A DNA stretch of 64,000 nt from Burkholderiales bacterium. GTDB taxonomy: Bacteria > Pseudomonadota > Gammaproteobacteria > Burkholderiales > SG8-39. The notes below the pieces were generated by a model that was given only the letters and a program-made list of their open reading frames with translations, searched no databases and was not told the DNA's origin. The DNA is taken from NCBI GenBank assembly GCA_041558415.1, contig JBFFEY010000009.1, forward strand, positions 2,648 to 66,647, read 5' to 3'. The number at the start of each line of letters is the position of its first letter. The stretch's first letter is position 1. A program made the translations under genes and the position numbers. Shown in pieces: positions 37,647 through 45,749 of the stretch.

Positions 37647-38558
37647 GTGGATCGCGCCAACCCCGCACTGCAGAAGCGTTCCGAAGACCCGTTCTCGCTC
37701 GACGCGCCGCAGGCCTATGCGCGCTGGCGGGCGGGCAAGCTCGCGCGCGCGCCGCACAGCGCCGCGGCGCTGCTGGTCGAAGTGCGCGACCCGCGCCGGC
37801 TGAGTGGCGCCGAGACCCAGGCAATCCTCGAGCGCTGCACGCACGCCAACATGGCGGTCTACGCGAGCCCGCTCGCCGGTGTCGAGGACCGCGACCTGCC
37901 GCGACAGCTCGGCACGCAGCTCGGCCTCGCCGCGCCGCGGGCCAACCTGCTCTCCGAGGAGGATGCGCTGAGCGTGCTCGAGGCGAACCCCGCCAAGGCC
38001 GCGCGCGGCTACATCCCCTACTCGAACCGCCGTCTGCTGTGGCATACCGACGGCTACTACAACGCGCCGAGCGCGCGCATCCGCGCCTTCATCCTGCACT
38101 GCCTGCGACCAGCGCAGAGCGGTGGCGCGAACCGCCTGCTCGATCCGGAGCTCGCCTACATCGCGCTGCGCGACGCCGACCCGGCCTACATCGCCGCGCT
38201 CTCGGCGCCGGACGCGATGACGATCCCGGCCAACGTCGTCGACGGCGTCGAGATCCGCCCCGCCTGCAGCGGGCCGGTGTTCTCGGTGATCGGCGGCGCG
38301 CTGCACATGCGCTACACCTCGCGCACGCGCAGCATCGAATGGCGTGACGACGCGACGACGCGCGCCGCGCTGCAGTGCCTCGAGGCGCTGCTCGCGCGCG
38401 ACGCGCCGCCCGTGCTCGCGCTGCGCCTGGAAGCGGGCATGGGCATCGTCTGCAACAACGTGCTGCACGAGCGCAGCGCCTTCAGCGATGCGCCGGGCGC
38501 CGGCCGGCGCGTGTATCGTGCGCGCTATTGCGCGCGCGTCGGCGAGCACATGGCATGA
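37647..38558 (+). CDS. TauD/TfdA-family Fe(II)/2-oxoglutarate dioxygenase
   Basis: 303 aa, GTG start. WHTDGYY (HxD), NNVLHERS (distal His), RVYRARY. Protein-like composition, whereas the antisense 338-aa ORF is Arg/Ala junk. Confidence 0.75.
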   Translation: MDRANPALQKRSEDPFSLDAPQAYARWRAGKLARAPHSAAALLVEVRDPRRLSGAETQAILERCTHANMAVYASPLAGVEDRDLPRQLGTQLGLAAPRANLLSEEDALSVLEANPAKAARGYIPYSNRRLLWHTDGYYNAPSARIRAFILHCLRPAQSGGANRLLDPELAYIALRDADPAYIAALSAPDAMTIPANVVDGVEIRPACSGPVFSVIGGALHMRYTSRTRSIEWRDDATTRAALQCLEALLARDAPPVLALRLEAGMGIVCNNVLHERSAFSDAPGAGRRVYRARYCARVGEHMA

Positions 38559-39277
38559 AGCACATCCCGCTCAAGTTCATCCGCGAGGACCCCTCGGTCG
38601 GCAACGCCGATGACGCCTCGGACGCCAGGGAAGCGACCGGCCTGCTGAAGCGGCTGGTCGAGGACCTCAGCGAGCGGCTCGCCGCACTATCGCCCGGCGC
38701 CGACCCGCTGCGCCGCGCCGATCTGCTGCTGCAGCTGGGCCGCGCCCAGGTGCGCCTGGAGGACCACGCCGCGGCCTGGGCCGCCGCGCGCGAGGCGTTC
38801 GATCTGTACATGGCCGCGCAGGCGCGCGAAGGCGCGGCGCAGGCCTGCGACGTCATGTTTCTCGCCGAGCAGCCGCAGTCGCTCGCCGCGCTCGGGCAGG
38901 GCATCTGGATCGCGGTGACCTACCCGATCGACCCGGAACTGTCGGTCGCGCTGCTGCAGCACGTCGTCGACGAGACGCCACCGGACGCCGACGGCGCCGC
39001 CGTGGCTGCGATCACCGCCTGCTACCTCGTCGACCTGCGCGCGCGCGAGCCGCAGCGCGAGCACCTGCTCATCTACACGAACCAGCTGCTCGCCACGGTC
39101 GCCCGCCGGCATAGTGGCGTGCAGGGACAGGAAGATTTCGACCGCTGGATCGAAGCGCTCGAGCTGAACGACCCGGCGCTGTTCCTGCCGCGCCTGCGCA
39201 ACGTGGTCGACGTACTGGTGCAGGACGACTGGTGGTTCGACCGCGACGCGCTGCAAGCCGCGTTGCCGACGGGATGA
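38555..39277 (+). CDS. Hypothetical acidic alpha-helical protein
   Basis: 240 aa from ATG 38555 (ATGA overlap with the TauD-like stop): MKHIPLKFIREDPSVGN... No motif I recognise. Coupled on both sides. Confidence 0.6.
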   Translation: MKHIPLKFIREDPSVGNADDASDAREATGLLKRLVEDLSERLAALSPGADPLRRADLLLQLGRAQVRLEDHAAAWAAAREAFDLYMAAQAREGAAQACDVMFLAEQPQSLAALGQGIWIAVTYPIDPELSVALLQHVVDETPPDADGAAVAAITACYLVDLRAREPQREHLLIYTNQLLATVARRHSGVQGQEDFDRWIEALELNDPALFLPRLRNVVDVLVQDDWWFDRDALQAALPTG

Positions 39278-39981
39278 GCGCGGCGCTCGCGCAACGCATG
39301 GACGATCCCGCGACGACTCCGGCAGGCGACGTCGTCGACGCGGTGTTCGGGATCGACTGTGCGTGCCTACCGGTCGATCATGCTTGGGCGCTGTCGCAGG
39401 CGATCCAGGCGGTTCTGCCCTGGTTCGTCGACGAGCCGCGCGCCGGCCTGCACACGGTGCACGGTGCGGCCTCGGGCGCGGGCTGGCAGCGACCCGAGGG
39501 CGAGCACGCGCAGCTGCAGCTTTCCCGGCGCACGAAGCTCGTGCTGCGGCTCCCCGTGCATCGCATGGCGGACGCGTCGGCGCTCAGCGGCCGGACGCTC
39601 GATGTCGCGGGCTCTGCGATGCGCGTCGGGCGGCTGTCCGCACGCCCGCTCCTGCGCATCGCGTCGCTCTTCTCGCGCAGCGTGATCTTCGAAGGCGCCG
39701 CCGACGAAACGGCGTTCGTCGCCGCCGCGACCGAGGCACTGCGCGCCCTCGACGTGGAGGCCTCCACGATGCTCTGCGGGCGCGACGTGACGCTCAGCAC
39801 GCCGCAGGGCAGCTACCGCACGCGCAGCCTGATGCTGACCGTCGCGACGCCCGCGCAGTCGCTCGCGCTCCAGCGCGAGGGCCTCGGCGGATCGCGCAAG
39901 CTCGGCTGCGGCGTCTTCATCCCCCACAAGGACGTAGGCGACCTGCGCACTGAGGCGCGCACGCGCGAAGACTGGGACTAG
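39274..39981 (+). CDS. Cas6/Cmx6-like protein (orphan; no CRISPR array or other cas genes in window)
   Basis: 235 aa from ATG 39274 (ATGA overlap). The C-terminal GLGGSRKLGCG fits the Cas6 glycine-rich loop GhGxxxxxGhG. The N-terminal CLPVDHAWALSQAIQAVLPW..GLHTVHG resembles the Cmx6 branch as I recall it. Confidence 0.55.
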   Translation: MSAALAQRMDDPATTPAGDVVDAVFGIDCACLPVDHAWALSQAIQAVLPWFVDEPRAGLHTVHGAASGAGWQRPEGEHAQLQLSRRTKLVLRLPVHRMADASALSGRTLDVAGSAMRVGRLSARPLLRIASLFSRSVIFEGAADETAFVAAATEALRALDVEASTMLCGRDVTLSTPQGSYRTRSLMLTVATPAQSLALQREGLGGSRKLGCGVFIPHKDVGDLRTEARTREDWD

Positions 39982-40373
39982 CCTTGGCCTTCCGGCGCAC
40001 CCTGCCAGAGCATGTCGTAGCCGAGCTCTTGGGTCTCGGCGCACATCTTCGCCACCGCCTCGAACTTGTTGGAGAACGTGGCGTCGGCGTGCGAGCGCTC
40101 GTGCGCCTCGAAGGAGTGCCAGTAGGTGACGATGACATAGTGCTCGTCGGCGCTCTTCGAGGCGTTGAGCGAGCCTTCCTCGGAGACGAAGCCGGAGAAC
40201 TTGAACACCTGGCCGGCGATGAAGCCGCCCTTGTCGCCGCCGTAGGTCTCCTTGACGACGTTGCACATCTCGCCGACGGCGAGCTCGATGTCCTCGAACG
40301 TCACGCCCGGCTTGAGCTTGACGGTGTTGAACAGCATCTTCGCGCCGAAGGGCAGCGTGATCGGATCGAACAT
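39978..40373 (-). CDS. Hypothetical protein, possibly ABM/Dabb-like alpha+beta barrel
   Basis: 131 aa, protein-like composition. HYVIVTYWHSFEAHERSH is reminiscent of ABM-domain proteins (weak). Confidence 0.55.
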   Translation of the reverse strand: MFDPITLPFGAKMLFNTVKLKPGVTFEDIELAVGEMCNVVKETYGGDKGGFIAGQVFKFSGFVSEEGSLNASKSADEHYVIVTYWHSFEAHERSHADATFSNKFEAVAKMCAETQELGYDMLWQGAPEGQG

Positions 40374-40448
40374 GAGGTTGGCTCCTTGCGATGACTTAAG
40401 GGCAGTGCCTATTAGATACGATTTTCTTTTCCGAGTTTAGAGGCGACC

Positions 40449-40790
40449 ATGAATTACGAAGTGAACGGCAAAGTGCTGGAAACCACCGAGAACGGCTTTC
40501 TCGTTTCGCAGGACGACTGGGACCGGGACGTCGCTGAAGTGATCGCGGCGACTGAAGGCCTTACCCTCACCCAGGATCACTGGGACGTGATCGACTACCT
40601 GCGCGAGGCGTTTTTCGAGCATAACGGCGAGCAGCCGAACAACCGCGCGATCCTCAAGGCCATGCAGGAGAAGTGGGCCGGCCGCAAAGTCGACAACAAG
40701 ACGCTGTTCGACCTCTTTCCGGGCAATCCCTCGAAGCAGGCCGGCATGATCGCCGGGCTGCCCGAGAGCATGCGCAAGGGCGGGTACTGA
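40449..40790 (+). CDS. DsrC/TusE-family paralog with no cysteine in the C-terminal arm
   Basis: 113 aa, MNYEVNGKVLETTENGFLVSQDDWDRDVAEVIA..LTQDHWDVIDYLREAF..FPGNPSKQAGMIAGLPESMRKGGY. Confidence 0.75.
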   Translation: MNYEVNGKVLETTENGFLVSQDDWDRDVAEVIAATEGLTLTQDHWDVIDYLREAFFEHNGEQPNNRAILKAMQEKWAGRKVDNKTLFDLFPGNPSKQAGMIAGLPESMRKGGY

Positions 40791-40874
40791 GGGAGCCGAT
40801 TCGAGCGAGACGCCGGTATTGGCACTCCGGTCGTGCCGCGCCGCGAGTAAGAATTGGTGACAGAATGGGCCGCC

Positions 40875-41129
40875 ATGACCGCGCCCGACTCGACCCTGAT
40901 GACCAAGTACGGCTTCCGCATCCGCACCCGCGGCGGAACGCCAGTCGATAACCTCGCGGTGCAGGCGCGCGACCAGGCTGAGGCCGAGCGCAAGATCAAC
41001 CAGATCTACCCGAGCTGCGAGATTCTCGAGTGCCGGCAAATCCAGTCGGCGATCGGCGACGACGCGCTCAATCTCGATAGCATCATCTCGCTCATCGCGC
41101 GACAGCCGGACGAGAAATCCGACGGCTAG
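40875..41129 (+). CDS. Small hypothetical protein
   Basis: ORF 40854-41129. Candidate starts are TTG 40854, ATG 40875 and ATG 40899. MTKYGFRIRTRGGTPVDNLAVQARDQAEAERKINQIYPSCEILECRQI. The 3' end overlaps the parA stop by 4 nt. Confidence 0.4.
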   Translation: MTAPDSTLMTKYGFRIRTRGGTPVDNLAVQARDQAEAERKINQIYPSCEILECRQIQSAIGDDALNLDSIISLIARQPDEKSDG

Positions 41130-41902
41130 ACGGGTCGCGCTTCGACGAAGCCGGTCTGCACCAGCTCGTCCACCAGCGCGTCGTAGTTCTGCGCGCCCTT
41201 GCTTTCCGGGGCATGCGCGAACACGTCCTTGCGCACCGCCGGGCTCTCGGCGAGCGCCACGTTCTCCGGGATGCGCGTACGGCAGATCTCGTCGCCATAA
41301 CGCTCGAGCAATGCCTCGTGGATCTGGTGCGATAGCTTGCGCCGGGTGTCGAATCGCGTGACTACGTAGCGGCGCACGACCCGCTTCTTGAGCACGTGCT
41401 CGAGCGCCTTGAGGGTCTTCTCGCTCTGCTGCACGCCCTTGATTGCCAGGAAGTCGGCCGACACCGGGATCAGCACGCGGTCAGCGGCGAAGATCGCCGA
41501 CAGCGACAGCACGCCGAGCATCGGGCAGCAGTCGATGACGATTGGCCGTCCGGTGTTTAGGTTTTCCCGCACAATGCCGTGATTCAGTCGGTTCAGCACG
41601 TTCACCCCTTTGCCGAACTGCGTGTCCACCTTCGACAGCTCGACATGTGCCGGAATCACCAGCCAGCCGCCGGTCGAGGCCCGGATAAGCTGGGTAAGCG
41701 GCTTGGACTGGTGGAAGAAGCCGAACACCGATTCCTCCGAGCGCTCGACGGTGGCGCCGCAGACGTAGGACAAATGGGCCTGGGGATCGAGGTCAATCGA
41801 CAGCGGGTTGTAGCCGCGCCGGGAGAGCGCCGCCGTGAGGTTGAGCGAGGTGGTCGTCTTCCCCACCCCGCCCTTCTGGTTGAAGATCGCGATCTTCACC
41901 AT
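41126..41902 (-). CDS. ParA/Soj-family ATPase (orphan; no parB next to it)
   Basis: 258 aa, deviant Walker A NQKGGVGKTTTSLNL, IDLDPQ, VIDCCP. Confidence 0.9.
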   Translation of the reverse strand: MVKIAIFNQKGGVGKTTTSLNLTAALSRRGYNPLSIDLDPQAHLSYVCGATVERSEESVFGFFHQSKPLTQLIRASTGGWLVIPAHVELSKVDTQFGKGVNVLNRLNHGIVRENLNTGRPIVIDCCPMLGVLSLSAIFAADRVLIPVSADFLAIKGVQQSEKTLKALEHVLKKRVVRRYVVTRFDTRRKLSHQIHEALLERYGDEICRTRIPENVALAESPAVRKDVFAHAPESKGAQNYDALVDELVQTGFVEARPV

Positions 41903-42641
41903 GCCGAACGTCCCCCCCCCGGCCGGACCATCGCGGTCCGGTGCCCCAAGGAAATCGTCGAATCAGGGGCTTGCCAACATAATTAATGTACCGCTAAACG
42001 CGCTCGGATCACTCCCGGGGAGTGCATCGAAAAGGCTAAATTTTTATATTGCCCGTCAGCGCCGTTCGGGGCGCGTGCGGCGGCCGGCGAATACTCGCCG
42101 ACGGCACATTCGACGGTCTCTTTTGCGCCGCTTCAAGCCAGCCTTGGCCGTCACCGACCGGCCAGGAGCGGACGGCCGCGCTCGGCTGCGCCCACCCGGC
42201 TGCCACTGGGAGAAAGCCTCGCATGCGCTTCTGATCGCTCGGCCGGTACGCGGGTGATACCTAGGCGCCGCGCCATTTTTAGGTTGGGCCCGCTGGCCGC
42301 GCCCGATCGGCGTCCGAAAGGCTCGTGCGCTTCGGTTCCGTATCGTGCTTCAACGCTTGCGCTTGCAATCGTGTTGACCGCCAAACCGCCATGTCATCCG
42401 GTCACCGCCGGCATTGGTCCGCGGAACAGTGGCCCGCGCTTGTCGCCGCATGGAGGCCGATCGCCCGGCGATAGGAATTCGCACCCCACAGGCTTTTTCA
42501 GGCGCCACCTGGACTGAGCCTCGGGCGCGGGCACTTGCCGGCCGTGCCCGCCGCGGCCGGCACGACGCCGCCCGAACATTGTCAGTTTGCGACTACCGCA
42601 GCTACCCTGGCAGCGGGCCGTATAGGCCTGCGTCGGTATGT

Positions 42642-43112
42642 TCACGGTGCTGTCATCGTGCTGACGTGAGCAGCGACAATACGCCAGCCCCCGGGAAACC
42701 TAACCCAGGTTTGCATCGTCCGGCCGATCCGGCCACCGCCCGGGACATTGCGCATGGCGACGGTTGCGAAGTCTCTGCCGTAGGTGGTGACAATCACCGA
42801 CTCCCGAACAAGCGACGGCGGCGCGGTGACCGAGGCCCTGTAAGCACGGATCTGCTCAATGCCATACAGATTCTCGGCATTCCCGAAGCGGACTGACGTC
42901 GGACTGTCGAGGAAAAACCGGTTGAGAGACGCGACGTCGTTCGTCAGCAGGGCCCGGTTGTAATCAGCTACCAGCGCTTCGATTTCGCCAACCACTTGCG
43001 GGTCGTTCAACAGATATTCGCTCTGTGCGTGGCTGGTCGCCGTGATGGCAACCGCGCAGAGCGCAGCGCCAAGCAGACCCGAAAACCGATGTTGTGCAGT
43101 CCATTTTTTCAT
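42642..43112 (-). CDS. AtzH-like/DUF3225 SnoaL-fold protein with signal peptide
   Basis: 156 aa, signal MKKW..AITATSHA-QS. LNDPQVVGEIEALVADYNRALLTNDV..VRFGNAENLYG..GRTMQTWVRFPGGWRIVAAHVS. Confidence 0.7.
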   Translation of the reverse strand: MKKWTAQHRFSGLLGAALCAVAITATSHAQSEYLLNDPQVVGEIEALVADYNRALLTNDVASLNRFFLDSPTSVRFGNAENLYGIEQIRAYRASVTAPPSLVRESVIVTTYGRDFATVAMRNVPGGGRIGRTMQTWVRFPGGWRIVAAHVSTMTAP

Positions 43113-43468
43113 GTGTCAGACCCGAAAGATAGACGCTGTGCCGGCCTGCAGTGTACTTGCAAAAGAGTATGCAGCGATGCTGCCGGGTAAACTTCATGCG
43201 CGTATAGGAAATTCAAATCCCCTGTTTCGAGCGAGCATCGTTCGCCGAGCCCACGCTCGCGGCGCTCCGGCACTTGAATCGGAACGTGTGCGAGTTCCGG
43301 GCCACGGACCGCCCCTGCTGCGTCCCCCGAATCTCCAAACTTTATTTACCATAAGGCCCCATGCGCGCCGGCCTTGCAGCCGCGGCCACGACCGACCATC
43401 GCCCCAAGCACCGTTCACCGAGCCGAAACACGCCCCAACCACGCGCAATTCGCGGCATGAGGGCGAAG

Positions 43469-43717
43469 GGATTTCTTATCCGTCCCGAGCTCGCGTCGCG
43501 CAGCAGCGCCGACCATATCCAGACGGCGATCTCGCTCGCGCGCGATGCGCCGAGGCGGGAATTGATCTGCAGCCGCCTGCTCGCGCGCCCGGCGAGCGCT
43601 CCGCTGTTCGACACCGCGCGCACCGTGCGTGCCCTCGAGCGCGCCTATGATCGGATGTGGTCGATCCGCCAGGCCGGCGAAGTGCCGCGCGCATTCAACG
43701 TCGACGACGCCGGCTGA
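43469..43717 (+). pseudogene. C-terminal remnant of a SPINDLY/OGT-type TPR glycosyltransferase
   Basis: The tail of ORF 43361-43717 reads ..SSADHIQTAISLARDAPRRELICSRLLARPASAPLFDTARTVRALERAYDRMWSIRQAGEVPRAFNV. This is the typical last ~70 aa of that family, with no catalytic or TPR body upstream. Confidence 0.45.
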
Positions 43718-43746
43718 TCGGTCCGCGCGCCGCGCAGCTCAGACCC

Positions 43747-45498
43747 TCAAGTCGTCAGACCGGCCGCGATCATGCAGTCGCGGCAGTGGATCAAGTCGGC
43801 CTCGTTCTGGTAATGCGCGGTCGCCATGACCGCCTCCAGGTCGAGCGCCGGGTCGCGCTTGCGCGCCTCGCTCATGTGCTGCGCCGCCGTCGCGGCATCA
43901 CCGAGCTTCGCGTAACAGGCTGCCAGCATCAGGTGATGCATGACGTCGAGCGGGCTGATGTGGCGCACGGACTGGATCGCCTCGTCATAGCGGTGCGCGG
44001 CGAACTGAGCGCGGCCGAGGTGAGACCAGAAGCGGTCCGGGTGGAACGGGTTCAGGCGCATCGCCTTGCGGATCCACTCGATGCCTTCCTCGGGCTTGCC
44101 GAGCCAGGTCAGCAGCTCGCCGTGCTGCACCACGATCAGGTCGTCGTTCGGGTTCAGGCTGAGCGCACGCTCCTGGTGGTAGATCGCCTTGTCGTGCTGG
44201 TTCTGCACGATGTGCACCGCGGCATAGATGCGGTGCACGTCGCTGTCGTTGTCGTCCAGCGCGAGCGCGGCGTCGAGCTCGCGCACGATGACGTCCTCCG
44301 TCGCCTTGCGGTCGGCGCACCAGCCGTAGCCCCACTGCTGCCCGAGGATGCAGGCCTTCCAGGCATGCGCATGCCCGTACTTCGGATCGAGCTCGATCGC
44401 GCGCTCGGCCAGCTGCAGCGCCGCGGCGTTCTCGTCGCGCTGCGAGCGATGATGGCGGACCTTGGCCGCGAGCAGGCACTCGTAGGCCGCCATGTTGTGC
44501 GTCTGCTTGCGCTCGGCGCGATCGCGCGCCGCCGCCTCGACCCGCCCGGGGAGCGTCGCGACGATCGCGCGCGTCACCTCGTCCTGTATGTCGAAGATGT
44601 CCTCGAGCTGCCGGTCGTAGCGCTCGGCCCAGACGTGGTGGTCCGATTCGCCGTCGATCAGCTGCACCGTGATGCGCACGCGGCTGCCCGCCTTGCGCAC
44701 GCTGCCTTCGACCACGTACTGCACGCCGACCTCGCGCGCCACCTTCTTCACGTCGACCGCCTGGCCCTTCAGCTTGAACGCGGTGTTGCGCGAGATGACG
44801 AACAGCTCCCTGAAGCGCGACAGCTCGGTGAGGATGTCCTCGGTGAGCCCGTCGACGAAGAACTCCTGCTCGGGGTCGCCGCTCATGTTGGTGAACGGCA
44901 GCACGATGATCGAGGGCTTCACCTGCTGCGCCGGCGCGGCGGCGCCTTCGCGCGCCGCGCCGGTGCCGAGCCGCAGGCGATAACAGCGCACCGGAGTCGC
45001 GATGTTCTTCAGCTCGACTTCGCCTGCGTCCTCGAAAACGAGATCGAGCTTGCGCCGCACCTCATCGTGCACCTTCGCCGAAACGCACACGCCGCCGCCC
45101 TCGGCGAGCGCCTCAAGCCGTGCGGCGACGTTCACGCCGTCCCCGTACAGCCGCCCGTCCTCGACGATCACGTCGCCGAGGTTGATCCCCATGCGGAACT
45201 GCATGCGCCGGTTCTCGGGCAGCCGGCCGTTGCGCCGCGCGAGCTCGGCCTGGATGTCGGCCGCCGCCTGCACCGCGTCGACCGCGCTGCCGAACTCGGC
45301 GAGCACGTTGTCGCCCGGCATGTCGACGATCCGCCCGCGATGGTCGGCGACCGAGCTCGAAATGAACGCCCGGTACTCGGCGAGCGTGCGCACAGTCGCC
45401 ACCTCGTCCTCGCCCATCAGGCGGCTGTAGCCGGCGACGTCGGCGCTCAGGAACGCGCCGAGCCGGCGTTGCATCGAAGAATCAGGGGCCTGCGCCAC
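43747..45498 (-). CDS. Class III adenylate/guanylate cyclase with TolB-N-like and TPR C-terminal region
   Basis: 583 aa, LSADVAGYSRLMG..GDNVLAEFGSAVDAV..MGINLGDV..GDGVNVAARLE, then IVLPFTNMSGDPEQEFFVDGLTEDI, then TPR-like repeats. Confidence 0.85.
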   Translation of the reverse strand: MAQAPDSSMQRRLGAFLSADVAGYSRLMGEDEVATVRTLAEYRAFISSSVADHRGRIVDMPGDNVLAEFGSAVDAVQAAADIQAELARRNGRLPENRRMQFRMGINLGDVIVEDGRLYGDGVNVAARLEALAEGGGVCVSAKVHDEVRRKLDLVFEDAGEVELKNIATPVRCYRLRLGTGAAREGAAAPAQQVKPSIIVLPFTNMSGDPEQEFFVDGLTEDILTELSRFRELFVISRNTAFKLKGQAVDVKKVAREVGVQYVVEGSVRKAGSRVRITVQLIDGESDHHVWAERYDRQLEDIFDIQDEVTRAIVATLPGRVEAAARDRAERKQTHNMAAYECLLAAKVRHHRSQRDENAAALQLAERAIELDPKYGHAHAWKACILGQQWGYGWCADRKATEDVIVRELDAALALDDNDSDVHRIYAAVHIVQNQHDKAIYHQERALSLNPNDDLIVVQHGELLTWLGKPEEGIEWIRKAMRLNPFHPDRFWSHLGRAQFAAHRYDEAIQSVRHISPLDVMHHLMLAACYAKLGDAATAAQHMSEARKRDPALDLEAVMATAHYQNEADLIHCRDCMIAAGLTT

Positions 45499-45594
45499 GC
45501 GGGATATCTTACTTCGGATCGCCCGATAAATCCGGGCGCGCGCGCTCGATGACGCTCGGGCGCCCTGCGCCGCTTGCGCTTGGCGCCGCGGGAA

Positions 45595-45726
45595 CTACCT
45601 GCGCTCGGCCGGCTTGGGCACGTTCGGGCAGCTGATCATGCAGATCACTGCGTCGCGCAGCTCGGCATCGGTCAGCCCGACCGTGCCGCCGCGCGGCGGC
45701 ATGCCGCCGTGACCATTGATGACCAC
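45595..45726 (-). pseudogene. C-terminal remnant of a class I (c5-like) cytochrome c
   Basis: My translation: VVINGHGGMPPRGGTVGLTDAELRDAVICMISCPNVPKPAERR*. It has the Met-ligand GGMPP segment but no CxxCH, and the upstream part is occupied by the S24-like gene in another frame. Confidence 0.4.
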
Positions 45727-45749
45727 GCGGCCCCTTGCGCGCCGGGCTT

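Noticed and set aside
37533-38549. 338-aa minus-strand ORF overlapping the TauD-like gene.
   Set aside because: Its composition is Arg/Ala-dominated with no motifs, whereas the plus-strand frame shows an intact TauD/TfdA active-site pattern and coupled downstream genes.
42150-42260. GCCACTG (42202-42208) followed by GGGAGAAAGCC, reminiscent of the conserved cobalamin-riboswitch segment.
   Set aside because: The other conserved parts (the upstream GGGAA/GGTG core and the B12 box) are not recognisable. No cobalamin-related gene lies downstream on either strand.
41903-42641. Possible structured housekeeping RNA (tmRNA, RNase P RNA, SRP RNA, 6S RNA or a tRNA) in the 740-bp gene-free tract.
   Set aside because: I could not find the diagnostic conserved strings (for example a GGTTCGAATCC-type T-loop, the RNase P GAGGAAAGTCC motif, or the SRP GGAAGCAGCC motif) on either strand. 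Only short generic hairpins are present (41921-41939, 42010-42024, 42528-42548). A covariance-model scan is still needed.
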